Assembly (NCBI GenBank): GCA_963800695.1
Contig: CAWDCA010000019.1
Location: forward strand, 15,085-79,084
Direction: 5' to 3'
DNA length: 64,000 nt
Origin: an uncultured Alphaproteobacteria bacterium
Lineage (GTDB): Bacteria; Pseudomonadota; Alphaproteobacteria; Rhizobiales; Xanthobacteraceae
The translations under genes were made by a program, and so were the position numbers. Of this stretch, positions 29,157-38,352 are shown piece by piece. Position 1 is the first letter of the stretch; the number at the start of each line of letters is the position of its first letter. The notes under the pieces were generated by a model. It saw nothing but the letters and a program-made list of their open reading frames with translations. It did not search any database and was not told where the DNA came from.

Positions 29157-30110
29157 ATGCCGTTCGAAAATCCGAAAGTCGTTGTTGTCGGTGCCGGCGC
29201 GATGGGCGGCCTGTTCGGCGGACTGCTCGCCGAAGGCGGGCTCGACGTCACGCTGGTCGATGCCTGGCCGGAGCACATCGCGGCGATCCGCAAGGACGGC
29301 CTGCGCATCGTCGGTGTCGGCGGCGATCGCGCCATCAAGGTCGAGGCAACCACGGACGCCGCCGAGATCAGACAAGCCGACGTGGTGCTGTTCCAGTGCA
29401 AGGCGTTCGCCAACGAGGCGGCGGCGCGCAGCGTGAAGCACCTGTTTGGCGGCCAAACGGCCGCTATCACGTTTCAGAACGGACTCGGCAACGAACAGAC
29501 GCTCGCCGGCGTCCTCGGGAGTGAGAACATCATCGGCGGCCTGACCGCGCAGGCCGGACTCGCCGAGGGGCCGGGCGTGGTGCGCAATTTCGGCGACCTG
29601 CCGACTTACATCGGTGAAATGGCGGGCGGGCTCTCGGATCGCACGGTCGCAATCGCCAAGGCATTCACGGCGCATGGCCTGCCCGTGAAAGCCACGCCTG
29701 AGATCAAGCGCGAGAAATGGAAGAAGCTGCTCGGCAATGTGGCGCTCGGCGCCATTTCGGCGGTGACGGATTTGCGCTCGTTCGAGATCATGCGCATCCC
29801 CGAACTACAGGAGATCGTGTTCCGCGCCGTCGACGAGGCGGCGGCGGTTGCGAAAGCCGAGGGCGTCGCGCTCGATGTCGCGGAAGCGCGCTCGGTGCTG
29901 ATGACGCTGGTCGACACGTCGGGCGGCGGAACCGGCGCATCGAAGTCGTCGATGCGCGAGGACATCATCCGCAAGCGGCGCACCGAGATCGACACCATCC
30001 ACGGCGCGGTCGCGCGGCTCGCGCGGGCGCACAAGGTCGCGGCGCCGACGATCGACGCCATGGTGGCGATGGTGAAGGGCGTGCAGTCCGTCTATCTCCC
30101 GCCGCAGTGA
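29157..30110 (+). CDS. ketopantoate reductase (PanE/ApbA) family NAD(P) oxidoreductase
   Basis: MPFENPKVVVVGAGAMGGLFGGLLAEGG (Rossmann fold), with a C-terminal ...REDIIRKRRTEIDTIHG... pattern of the family. Confidence 0.75.
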   Translation: MPFENPKVVVVGAGAMGGLFGGLLAEGGLDVTLVDAWPEHIAAIRKDGLRIVGVGGDRAIKVEATTDAAEIRQADVVLFQCKAFANEAAARSVKHLFGGQTAAITFQNGLGNEQTLAGVLGSENIIGGLTAQAGLAEGPGVVRNFGDLPTYIGEMAGGLSDRTVAIAKAFTAHGLPVKATPEIKREKWKKLLGNVALGAISAVTDLRSFEIMRIPELQEIVFRAVDEAAAVAKAEGVALDVAEARSVLMTLVDTSGGGTGASKSSMREDIIRKRRTEIDTIHGAVARLARAHKVAAPTIDAMVAMVKGVQSVYLPPQ

Positions 30111-30117
30111 GAAGATC

Positions 30118-31290
30118 ATGGATTTCGCACTGAGCGACGAGCAGCGGCTTCTGGTCGAGACGGCGCGGCGCTTCGTCCGCGCCGAGCTGATGCCGCTCGA
30201 AGGCGAGCTGGAGCGGACGCGCGCACTTCCGGCGGACGTCGCGCGCGGCATCTTCGAGAAATCGAAGGCGCTCGGGCTCTACGCCGTCAACATTCCAACC
30301 GAGTACGGCGGCGGCGGGCTGTCGGCGCTCGATACGTGTCTTGCCGAGGAACAGTTCGGCCACACGACCGACATCCTGATCCGCCGCGCCTTCGGCAATG
30401 TCTACGAAGTGCTGCTGCTCGCGAACGATCTCCAGCGCAAGCGCTGGCTCGAGCCCGCGGTGCGCGGCGAGCGCGTGTTCTCGGTGTGCTTCACGGAGCC
30501 GGAAGCCGGCTCTGACGCCGCCGGCATCAAGTCGCGCGCGGTGCGCGATGCCGATGGCTGGCTTCTCTCGGGGCAGAAGATCTTCATCAGCGACGGCGCG
30601 TTCTCGGATTTCTTCGTCGTCTCGGCCGTGACCGATCCGGACAAGGGCGCGAAGGGCATTTCGCTGTTCATCCTCGACAAGGACATGCCGGGGTTCACCG
30701 TCGGCCGCGACCAGCCGATGATGGGCCTCGCCGGAACGAGTCACCTCGAGCTGTTCTTCGACAATGTGCGGCTCGGTCCGGAACACCTGCTGGGCCAGGA
30801 AGGCCGCGGGCTCAATCACGCCTTCGAGACGCTCGGGCGCATTCGCCTGGCGCAGATCGGCGCGCGCGCGGTCGGCAAGGCGACACGCATCCTCGACCTG
30901 ATGACGGAGTATGCGCGCGAGCGCCGCCAGTTCGGCAAGCCGATCGGCGAGCAGCAGCTCGTGCAGCAGATGCTCGCCGACTCGGCGATCGAGATCAATG
31001 CGGCGCGACTGCTTGTCCTGCACGCCGCAGCCGATATCGACCGGGGCCTTGACGCGCGCGAGCGCATCTCGATGGTGAAGGTCTATGCGGCCGAGATGCT
31101 CGGGCGCGTCGCCGACCGCGCCGTGCAGGTCTACGGCGGCATGGGTTACTGCAAGGACCTTCCGATCGAGCGCTTCTATCGCGACGCGCGCATCTTCCGC
31201 ATCTTCGACGGCACCTCGGAAATCCACCGCACGGTGATCGCGCGCTCGATGCTCAGGCACGGCGCCGCGCGCTTCGCCGACGTCATCTGA
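30118..31290 (+). CDS. acyl-CoA dehydrogenase
   Basis: 390 aa with FTEPEAGSDAAG, QVYGGMGY and IFDGTSEI. Confidence 0.9.
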   Translation: MDFALSDEQRLLVETARRFVRAELMPLEGELERTRALPADVARGIFEKSKALGLYAVNIPTEYGGGGLSALDTCLAEEQFGHTTDILIRRAFGNVYEVLLLANDLQRKRWLEPAVRGERVFSVCFTEPEAGSDAAGIKSRAVRDADGWLLSGQKIFISDGAFSDFFVVSAVTDPDKGAKGISLFILDKDMPGFTVGRDQPMMGLAGTSHLELFFDNVRLGPEHLLGQEGRGLNHAFETLGRIRLAQIGARAVGKATRILDLMTEYARERRQFGKPIGEQQLVQQMLADSAIEINAARLLVLHAAADIDRGLDARERISMVKVYAAEMLGRVADRAVQVYGGMGYCKDLPIERFYRDARIFRIFDGTSEIHRTVIARSMLRHGAARFADVI

Positions 31291-31303
31291 GTGGGGCACG
31301 CGC

Positions 31304-32833
31304 ATGGCCATCAACAAATTCGTGACTGCCGAGGCGGCGGTGTCGCTCGTCGCCGACGGCGACACGGTCGCGCTGATCGGCGGCGGCGGCGGGTTATGCG
31401 AGGCACGTTGCCTGCACGAGGCGATCGAGAAGCGCTTCCTCGCCACCGGCCATCCGCGCAATCTCACCGTGATCCACTCGCTCGGCATCGGCGACCGCAA
31501 GTCGCGCGGCATGAACCGCTTCGCGCATGAAGGCATGGTGAAGCGCGTCATCGGCGGCCACTGGGTGTGGTCGCCGCGCATGCAGGAGCTCGCCAGGACG
31601 AGAAGATCGAGGCCTACGTGTTTCCCGGCGGCGTCGCGATGCAGCTGTTCCGCGAGATCGGCGCCGGGACGGCCCGGCCTGTTCACGCATGTGGGCTTGG
31701 GCACATTCGTCGATCCGCGCGTCGAGGGCGGCCGCATGAACAAGGCCGCCAAGGACGACCTGATCGAGGTCGCCACCATCGATGGGCAGGAGCTGCTCCG
31801 CTACAAATCGTTTCCCGTGAACGTCGCGATGATCCGCGGCTCGTTCGCGGATGCGCACGGCAACATCAGCCTCGATCAGGAGCCCGCGAACGTCGACATC
31901 TACGCGGCGGCGCTCGCCGCGCACAATTCCGGCGGCAAGGTGATCGCGCAGGTGCGCACCGCCGTCGAGGTCGGCGCGTTGCCGGCGCGCTCGGTGCGCG
32001 TGCCGGGCGCGATCGTGGATGCGGTCGTGGTCGATCCGCTGCAATCGATGGGCTACGACGTGGTCTACGACCCGACCATGTCGGGCGAGATCAAGGGGCC
32101 GCCGAAGCCCGCCGAGCCGCAGCCGTTCACGGTGCGCCAGCTGATCGCGCGCCGCGCCGCCGACGAACTCGTCGACGGCGCGGTGCTCAATTACGGCTTC
32201 GGCATTCCGGACGGCGTCGCCAAGCTGATCGCCGAGCGCGGCCATCTCGACCGCTATTATCAGACCATCGAGCACGGCACCTATGGCGGCGAGTTGCTCG
32301 AAGGCACGCTGTTCGGCTATGCGCGCAACGCGAGCGCGATGATCGACGGGCCCTCGCAGTTCGACTTCTATTCGGGCGGCGGACTCGACATCGCGTTCCT
32401 CGGCTTCGGCGAGATCGACCGGCACGGCCACGTGAACGTCTCCAAGCTCGGCGGCGTCACGGTCGGCCCCGGCGGCTTCATCGACATCGCGCAGAATGCC
32501 AAAAAGGTCGTGTTCTGCGGCACGTTCGACGCCAAGGGCACGCAGCTTGAGATCGGCGGCGGCAAACTGCGCATTGCGCGTCACGGCGAGGTGGTGAAGC
32601 TGGTGAACGATGTCGAGCAGATCACCTATTCGGGCCGCGAGGCGCTGCGCCGCGGGCAGGACGTCGTGTATGTCACCGAGCGCGCCGTGTTCCGCCTGAC
32701 CGAAAAAGGCCTCGCGCTCACCGAAGTGGCGCCCGGCGTCGATATTCGCCGCGACGTGCTGGAGCGGATGCGGTTCGCGCCGCTGGTCGAACGCGATCCC
32801 GCGGTCATGAACGCCGCCCACTTCAACGCGTAA
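31304..32833 (+). CDS. acyl-CoA:carboxylate CoA-transferase (COG4670-type); ORF is open but contains an out-of-frame ~25-codon patch
   Basis: 509-aa ORF. Residues ELARTRRSRPTCFPAASRCSCSARSAPG look unlike the family. The +2 frame over 31595-31666 reads DEKIEAYVFPGGVAMQLFREIGAG, which fits the family. See findings. Confidence 0.75.
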   Translation: MAINKFVTAEAAVSLVADGDTVALIGGGGGLCEARCLHEAIEKRFLATGHPRNLTVIHSLGIGDRKSRGMNRFAHEGMVKRVIGGHWVWSPRMQELARTRRSRPTCFPAASRCSCSARSAPGRPGLFTHVGLGTFVDPRVEGGRMNKAAKDDLIEVATIDGQELLRYKSFPVNVAMIRGSFADAHGNISLDQEPANVDIYAAALAAHNSGGKVIAQVRTAVEVGALPARSVRVPGAIVDAVVVDPLQSMGYDVVYDPTMSGEIKGPPKPAEPQPFTVRQLIARRAADELVDGAVLNYGFGIPDGVAKLIAERGHLDRYYQTIEHGTYGGELLEGTLFGYARNASAMIDGPSQFDFYSGGGLDIAFLGFGEIDRHGHVNVSKLGGVTVGPGGFIDIAQNAKKVVFCGTFDAKGTQLEIGGGKLRIARHGEVVKLVNDVEQITYSGREALRRGQDVVYVTERAVFRLTEKGLALTEVAPGVDIRRDVLERMRFAPLVERDPAVMNAAHFNA

Positions 32834-32844
32834 CGGAGAACGAC

Positions 32845-33912
32845 ATGGCGCAGGTGCGCATCGCGGTGATCGGAGCCGGCCTCATCGGCCGCACGCATAT
32901 CGGCGTGCTCCGCTCCGGCAATCCCGACTACACGCTCGCGGCGGTCGCCGATCCCTCCCCGGCCGCCGCCGGCGAAGCGCAGCAACTCGGCTATCCGATC
33001 TATGCGGAGATCGGCGAGATGCTCGACGCGTCAAGCCGGAGGGCGTCGATCGTCGCGGTGCCGAACCAGATGCACGTCAAGGTCGGCCTCGCCTGCATCG
33101 CCCGCAGGATCCCGATAATCGTCGAAAAGCCCGTGGCGGACTCGGTCGCCGAAGCGCTCGAACTCGTGGAGGCCGGCGAGAAGGCCGGCGTGCCGATCCT
33201 GGTGGGACATCACCGCCGCCACAACCCGATCATGCGCAAGGCGGCCGAGATCATCGCCAGCGGCGGTATCGGCCGCGTGGTTGCGGCCAACGGGCTGTGG
33301 CTCAGTCACAAGCCGAAGGACTATTTCAATGTCGCGTGGCGGCGCGAGGCCGGCGGCGGCCCGGTGCTGATCAACGCCATCCACGACATCGATTGCCTGC
33401 GCATGCTGTGCGGCGATGTCGAAAGCGTCAGCGCGGCGACCGCGAATGAAGCGCGCAAATTCGCCGTGGAGGACACCGCCGCCGCCGTGCTGCATTTCAA
33501 GAGCGGCGCGCTCGGCACGCTGCTCGTCTCGGATGCGGTCTCGGGGTGCTGGACATGGGAGATGGGTTCGCGCGAGAACGCGGACCGCCCGAACGATACC
33601 GAGAACTGCTACATCGTTGCCGGCACGAAAGGCTCGCTCACCGTGCCCTATCTGCAGCACCGCTGGCATGAGCCGGGACAGGAGAGCTGGGACGTGCCGT
33701 TGACGCAGTTGCGCGTTCCCGTGCGCGCCCGCCGACGCCTATCATGAGCAGATGCGCAATTTCGCCAACGTCATCCGTGGCACCGAGAAGCCGGTGCTGT
33801 CGGGCCGCGACGGCACGATCACGCTCGCGACCACGCTCGCCATCACGCGATCCGCGCAGACCGGCGCGCAGGTCCGCGTCGCCGACATGATGAGCGACTC
33901 GACGCGCAATGA
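32845..33912 (+). pseudogene. Gfo/Idh/MocA-family NAD(P) oxidoreductase, frameshift near 33728-33730 and uncertain 3' end
   Basis: MAQVRIAVIGAGLIGRTH...IIVEKP...WDVPLTQLRVPVR then a stop. The next frame continues AADAYHEQMRNFANVIRGTEKPVLSGRDGTITLATTLAITRSAQTGAQVRVAD and then runs on into aroE without a plausible stop. A TGA at 33910-33912 in the original frame overlaps the aroE ATG. Confidence 0.7.
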
Positions 33913-34749
33913 GCAGCACCACGCGCGCCGCCTGCGTCATCGGCTGGCCGGCCAAGCAATCGCGCTCGCCCAAGCTGCACGGCTACTGGATCAAGCGCTA
34001 CAACATCGACGGCGATTATCGCGTCGAGGAAATGCCGCCCGAGGCGTTTCCGGCGTTCATCTCACAATCTCGCCGGCAACGGTTACGTCGGCGCGAACAT
34101 CACGATGCCGCACAAGGATATGGCACTCGCAATGTCGGAGCCGGACGATCGCGCGCGCGCGGTCGGCGCCGCGAACACGCTGTGGCTCGACAACGGACGG
34201 CTGCGTTCCACCAACACGGATGTCGAAGGCTTCGTCGGCTCGCTCGATAGCGCCGCGCCCGGCTGGGACCAGCGTGGCGACAGCGCGGTCGTGCTCGGCG
34301 CCGGCGGCGCGGCGCGCGCCGTCGTCTACGGGCTGATCGAACGCGGCATGAAGACCATTCACGTCGTCAACCGGACGTTCGGAAAGGCGGAGTTGTTGCG
34401 CGAGCGCTTCGGGGCGAGCGTACATCCCGCGCACGTCCATGACATTCCGCGCCTGCTCGACGGCGCGAAGCTGCTCGTCAATGCGACCGCGCTCGGCATG
34501 AAGGGCCAGCCGGACCACGCGATCGATCTTGGCCCGATGGCGGCCGACGCGCTGGTGTCCGACATCGTCTACGTGCCGCTCAAGACCGGCCTGCAGGCTG
34601 CCGCCGAGCGGCGCGGGCTGAAGACCGCCAACGGTCTCGACATGCTGCTGCATCAGGCGGTGCGCGGCTTTAACTTGTGGTTCGGCATCAAGCCGGAGGT
34701 CACGCGCGAGCTGTTCGACCTGCTGGCCGCCGACATCGTGAAGACCTGA
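33909..34749 (+). pseudogene. aroE: shikimate/quinate dehydrogenase (AroE family), frameshift near 34066-34070
   Basis: ORF 33909.. reads MSSTTRAACVIGWPAKQSRSPKLHGYWIKRYNIDGDYRVEEMPPEAFPAFISQ. The frame of ORF 34105..34749 continues LAGNGYVGANITMPHKD...NTDVEGF...VLGAGGAARAV... Confidence 0.8.
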
Positions 34750-34765
34750 AGCGGCGCGCAAACTC

Positions 34766-35729
34766 ATGACATTGCTGGTGACCGGCGCGACGGGCCACGT
34801 GGGCGGCGAGATCCTCCGGCAGGCCGTGCAGCGGGGCATGCGCGTCATCGCGACCTATCGGGGCGAATTGCGCGCGGAGGCGAATTTGCCCGTCACGTGG
34901 GTACGTTGCGATCTCACCGATGCCGGCGCGGTGCGCCGCCTCGCCGAGGAGCACCGCATCGACGCCTGCATTCATGCGGCCGCGGTCTCGAACGAGGCCT
35001 ACGCCAAGCCAGACCCAGCAGGCGCCATCGCGACGAATATCGGCGCAACCGCGAACCTGCTCGAAGCCGCGCGGCTCGGCGCATGGCGCCGCTTCGTGCT
35101 GGTCAGTACCGGATCGGTGTTTCAGCTTGTCCGCGACACGACGCAACCCGATCCCAGAGGATCACGCTCCCGCCGCCGCCAACGTCTATAGCTCGACCAA
35201 GCTCGGCGCCGAGCTGCTGACGCGCATGTATCGCGGCGAATACGGGCTGTCGGCGTCGACGGTGCGGATTTCCTGGGTGTATGGGCCGCCGGTCATCAGC
35301 GACCAGCCGACGCGCGGGCCGATCCCGTCGTACCTGCTGCGCGCGATGCGCGGCGAAGCGGTCCGCGAGGGCGGCACCGACTTTGCCGCGAGCTTCACTT
35401 ACGTCGCCGATGCCGCCGAGGGGCTGCTGGCCGCTGCCGACGCGCCGGAGTTGCGCCATCCGGTCTATCATCTCGGCCATGGCGTGAACTTCACCGCCGG
35501 TGAGGCCGCCGCCGCCGTGCGGGACGCCGTGCCGGGCGCCGCGATCGAGCTCTCGTCCGGCACGGAGCCGTGGACCCGCTACACCAGCATGCGCGGCCCC
35601 CTCGCGGGCGACAGGCTGCGCGCCGACACGGGCTATGCGCCGCGCCACACACTCGTGGCGGGCGTGCGCGCCTACGCGGACTGGATGCGCGCGCATCCTG
35701 AAGAGTGGCGCGATCGGCCGGGTGCCTGA
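34766..35729 (+). pseudogene. NAD-dependent epimerase/dehydratase family protein, frameshift at the C-run 35147-35149
   Basis: MTLLVTGATGHVGGE...VLVSTGSVFQLVRDTTQP drifts to a stop at 35191. The frame of ORF 34920..35729 continues IPEDHAPAAANVYSSTKLGAE... Removing one C from caacccgatcc joins them as TTQPIPEDH. Confidence 0.75.
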
Positions 35730-35912
35730 TCGACCCGGTAGTTCTATCGCACGTAGCAGCGCCGCTGCACCGAACGATACGGTAGCAAACCGATCTCCTG
35801 ATCCGCGCTGTGCTATCGCCTCCCTGTTCTTTCAGATACGCTTTTCACCCAGGCGCAAAATCGATCGCGCGCGCGAAGCAGGATCGCTGATGCGTCTCTG
35901 ACAGTCACGGCA

Positions 35913-36965
35913 ATGGGGGGTGGAATGACTACGCGTCCGACCAATCCTATCGTTCACACGCTGGCGTGCGGCATCGCCGCACTGATCTTGTCCATCGCCG
36001 TGCCCGGCGCCTCGGGTGAAGCCCGCGCCGAAGTCAAACTTCGGCTCACGCACTCGGCGCCGACCTCGCATCCCAACCACATCGCCGCCGAGAAGATGGT
36101 GCAGCGTGTCAAGGACCGCACCAAGGGCGAAGTCGTCATCACGATCTTCCCCAACAATGCGCTGGGCAGCTCGTTCGAGACCACCGATCAGGTCCGCCGC
36201 GGCATCATCGATCTCACGATCGTGGGCTCCGACAATCTCGACCGCTTCCCCGAGGCCAAGGCGATCGCGCTGGTGCTGGCGCCGTTCCAGTTCGACGATC
36301 TCCCGCACGCGCATGCGACGCTGGACGGGCCCGCGTTCGACTTTCTGCGCAAGCAGTTTTCCGCCGTGAACATGACACTGATTTCGAACTACGAGTGGGG
36401 CTTCCGCTCGATCTCGAACAGCGTCCGTGCAATCAACGGGCCGGAGGACGTGAAGGGCCTGAAAATCCGCATTCCGCCGGTCGCCGTCAACAAGAACACC
36501 ATGGAAGCGCTCGGGGCGACTGCAGTGCCGATTGCGTTCGCCGAACTCTATATGGCCCTCTCCACCAAGACGGTCGACGCGCAGGAGAACCCGGTTTCGA
36601 CAATCTGGTCGGCCAAGTTCCACGAGGTGCAGAAATTCGTCGCGCTGACGCGGCACATCTACGTCATGATGATGTTCGCCGCGAACACCAACGTCTGGAA
36701 CCGGCTGACGCCGGAGCAACGGCAGATCCTCACCGAGGAAGGTCTCGCGGCCGCCGCCGAAGCGCGAAAGATCGCCTCGGATGAGGAGAACATGCTCATC
36801 GGCAAGCTCAAGGAGGCGGGAGTCACGGTGACAACGCCCGACCCGACAAAATTCCGTGCCGCCGTCGCGCCGGCCAACGCCGAATTGCGCAAGCTCGTCG
36901 GCGACACCGACTGGGCGCTTTGGCAGGGGTTCGTCGAAGAAGGCCGCAAGCGCAGCAAGAAGTAA
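35913..36965 (+). CDS. TRAP transporter substrate-binding protein (DctP family)
   Basis: 350 aa. Signal-like N-terminus, then KLRLTHSAPTSHP... and ...TVDAQENPVS..., typical of DctP. The start could instead be the ATG at 35925. Confidence 0.8.
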   Translation: MGGGMTTRPTNPIVHTLACGIAALILSIAVPGASGEARAEVKLRLTHSAPTSHPNHIAAEKMVQRVKDRTKGEVVITIFPNNALGSSFETTDQVRRGIIDLTIVGSDNLDRFPEAKAIALVLAPFQFDDLPHAHATLDGPAFDFLRKQFSAVNMTLISNYEWGFRSISNSVRAINGPEDVKGLKIRIPPVAVNKNTMEALGATAVPIAFAELYMALSTKTVDAQENPVSTIWSAKFHEVQKFVALTRHIYVMMMFAANTNVWNRLTPEQRQILTEEGLAAAAEARKIASDEENMLIGKLKEAGVTVTTPDPTKFRAAVAPANAELRKLVGDTDWALWQGFVEEGRKRSKK

Positions 36966-37056
36966 TGAATCGCCGCGTCCGCGGCCATAACTCCCGCGGG
37001 CCGGCGCTCCTGCCGGCCCATTTCGGCACTTCAGTCTACCTTCCCTTCGGCGCACC

Positions 37057-38346
37057 ATGACCATCGTCGCGGTCTTCGCCACGCTCGTCGCACTGATGCT
37101 GGTCGGCTTGCCGATCGCCATCGCGATGGCGCTGACCGGCGCGCTCATCATGCTCTCGATGGGTGGCCCGGACATGCTGGTGATGCTGGCGCAGCGGATG
37201 TACTCCTCGACGACGTCGTTTCCGCTGCTCGCCATTCCGTTTTTCATCCTCGCCGGCAATCTCATGAACACCGGGGGGATGACCCAGCGCATCTTCGACT
37301 TCACGCAGCTTCTGGTGGGGCGGGTGCGCGGCGGCCTCGCCCACGTCAACGTGCTCGGCAGCATGATCTTCGCCGGCATGTCGGGCTCGGCGGTCGCGGA
37401 CGCCGCCGGCCTCGGCGTGATCGAGATCAACGCAATGAAGAAGGAGGGCTACAGCACGCGCTTCGCGGCTGCCCTCACCTGCGCGTCCTGCACCGTAGGG
37501 CCGATCATTCCGCCGAGCATTCCGTTCGTCATCTACGGAAATCTGGCCGAAGTCTCGGTCGGCGCGCTGTTTCTCGGCGGCGTCGTGCCTGGGTTTCTGA
37601 TGGGCGGCGCCATGATGGTGGCGATCGTGCTGCGCGCCAAGCGCCTCAACCTGCCACGCAGCCAGAGCCGGCCGACGCCACGCGAGGCGCTGTGCGTCGC
37701 CGCCGACGCACTGCCGGCGATTCTGACCCCCGTCATCATCATGGGCGGCATCCTGCTCGGCACTTTCACGCCGACCGAGGCTGCGGTGATCGCCGCACTG
37801 TACGCGTTGGCGCTCGGCTTCTTCTATTACCGCGAGCTGCGCGTGTCGGATCTTGCCGAGATCCTGCTGACGACCGGACGGCAGACCGCGCAGGTGATGT
37901 TCATCATCGCGGGTGCGGGAATTTTCGGCTGGGTGCTGATCCAGCAGCAAATCCCCAATCAGGTGATCGAGCAGTTGTTGGCCGTCTCGGACAGACCGTG
38001 GGTCATCCTGCTGATGGTCAACGTCATCCTGCTCATTCTCGGCATGTTCATCGAGGGCATCGCGATCATGATCATGGTCGTGCCGATCTTCGTGCCCTTG
38101 ATGGCGAAAATCGGCGTCGATCCGGTCCATTTCGGCATCGTGCTGACGCTCAACGTCATGATCGGACTGTTGACGCCGCCGGTCGGGCTTGCGCTCTACG
38201 TCGTCTCGGACATCAGCAAGGTCCCGATGTCGGAACTCGTGGCGGAGATGTGGCCCTACATGGCGGCGCTTCTCGTCGTCCTCGGCCTGGTGACCTACGT
38301 GCCGGGGTTCACCATGTTCCTCCCCCATTTCTTCGGCTTCGGCTGA
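37057..38346 (+). CDS. TRAP transporter large permease (DctM family)
   Basis: 429-aa polytopic ORF with LLAIPFFILAGNLMN and GSMIFAGMSGSAVADAA. Confidence 0.9.
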   Translation: MTIVAVFATLVALMLVGLPIAIAMALTGALIMLSMGGPDMLVMLAQRMYSSTTSFPLLAIPFFILAGNLMNTGGMTQRIFDFTQLLVGRVRGGLAHVNVLGSMIFAGMSGSAVADAAGLGVIEINAMKKEGYSTRFAAALTCASCTVGPIIPPSIPFVIYGNLAEVSVGALFLGGVVPGFLMGGAMMVAIVLRAKRLNLPRSQSRPTPREALCVAADALPAILTPVIIMGGILLGTFTPTEAAVIAALYALALGFFYYRELRVSDLAEILLTTGRQTAQVMFIIAGAGIFGWVLIQQQIPNQVIEQLLAVSDRPWVILLMVNVILLILGMFIEGIAIMIMVVPIFVPLMAKIGVDPVHFGIVLTLNVMIGLLTPPVGLALYVVSDISKVPMSELVAEMWPYMAALLVVLGLVTYVPGFTMFLPHFFGFG

Positions 38347-38352
38347 ACCGTC

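Noticed and set aside
27963-30110. A 715-aa ORF that looks like a large multidomain protein
   Set aside because: It is an accident of GC-rich sequence plus a frameshift. Only its first ~65 codons (MaoC N-terminus) and last 317 codons (KPR-family reductase from ATG 29157) are family-like in this frame. The middle is Arg/Ser/Ala-rich nonsense overlapping the clearly recognisable SDR gene (28408..29145) in another frame.
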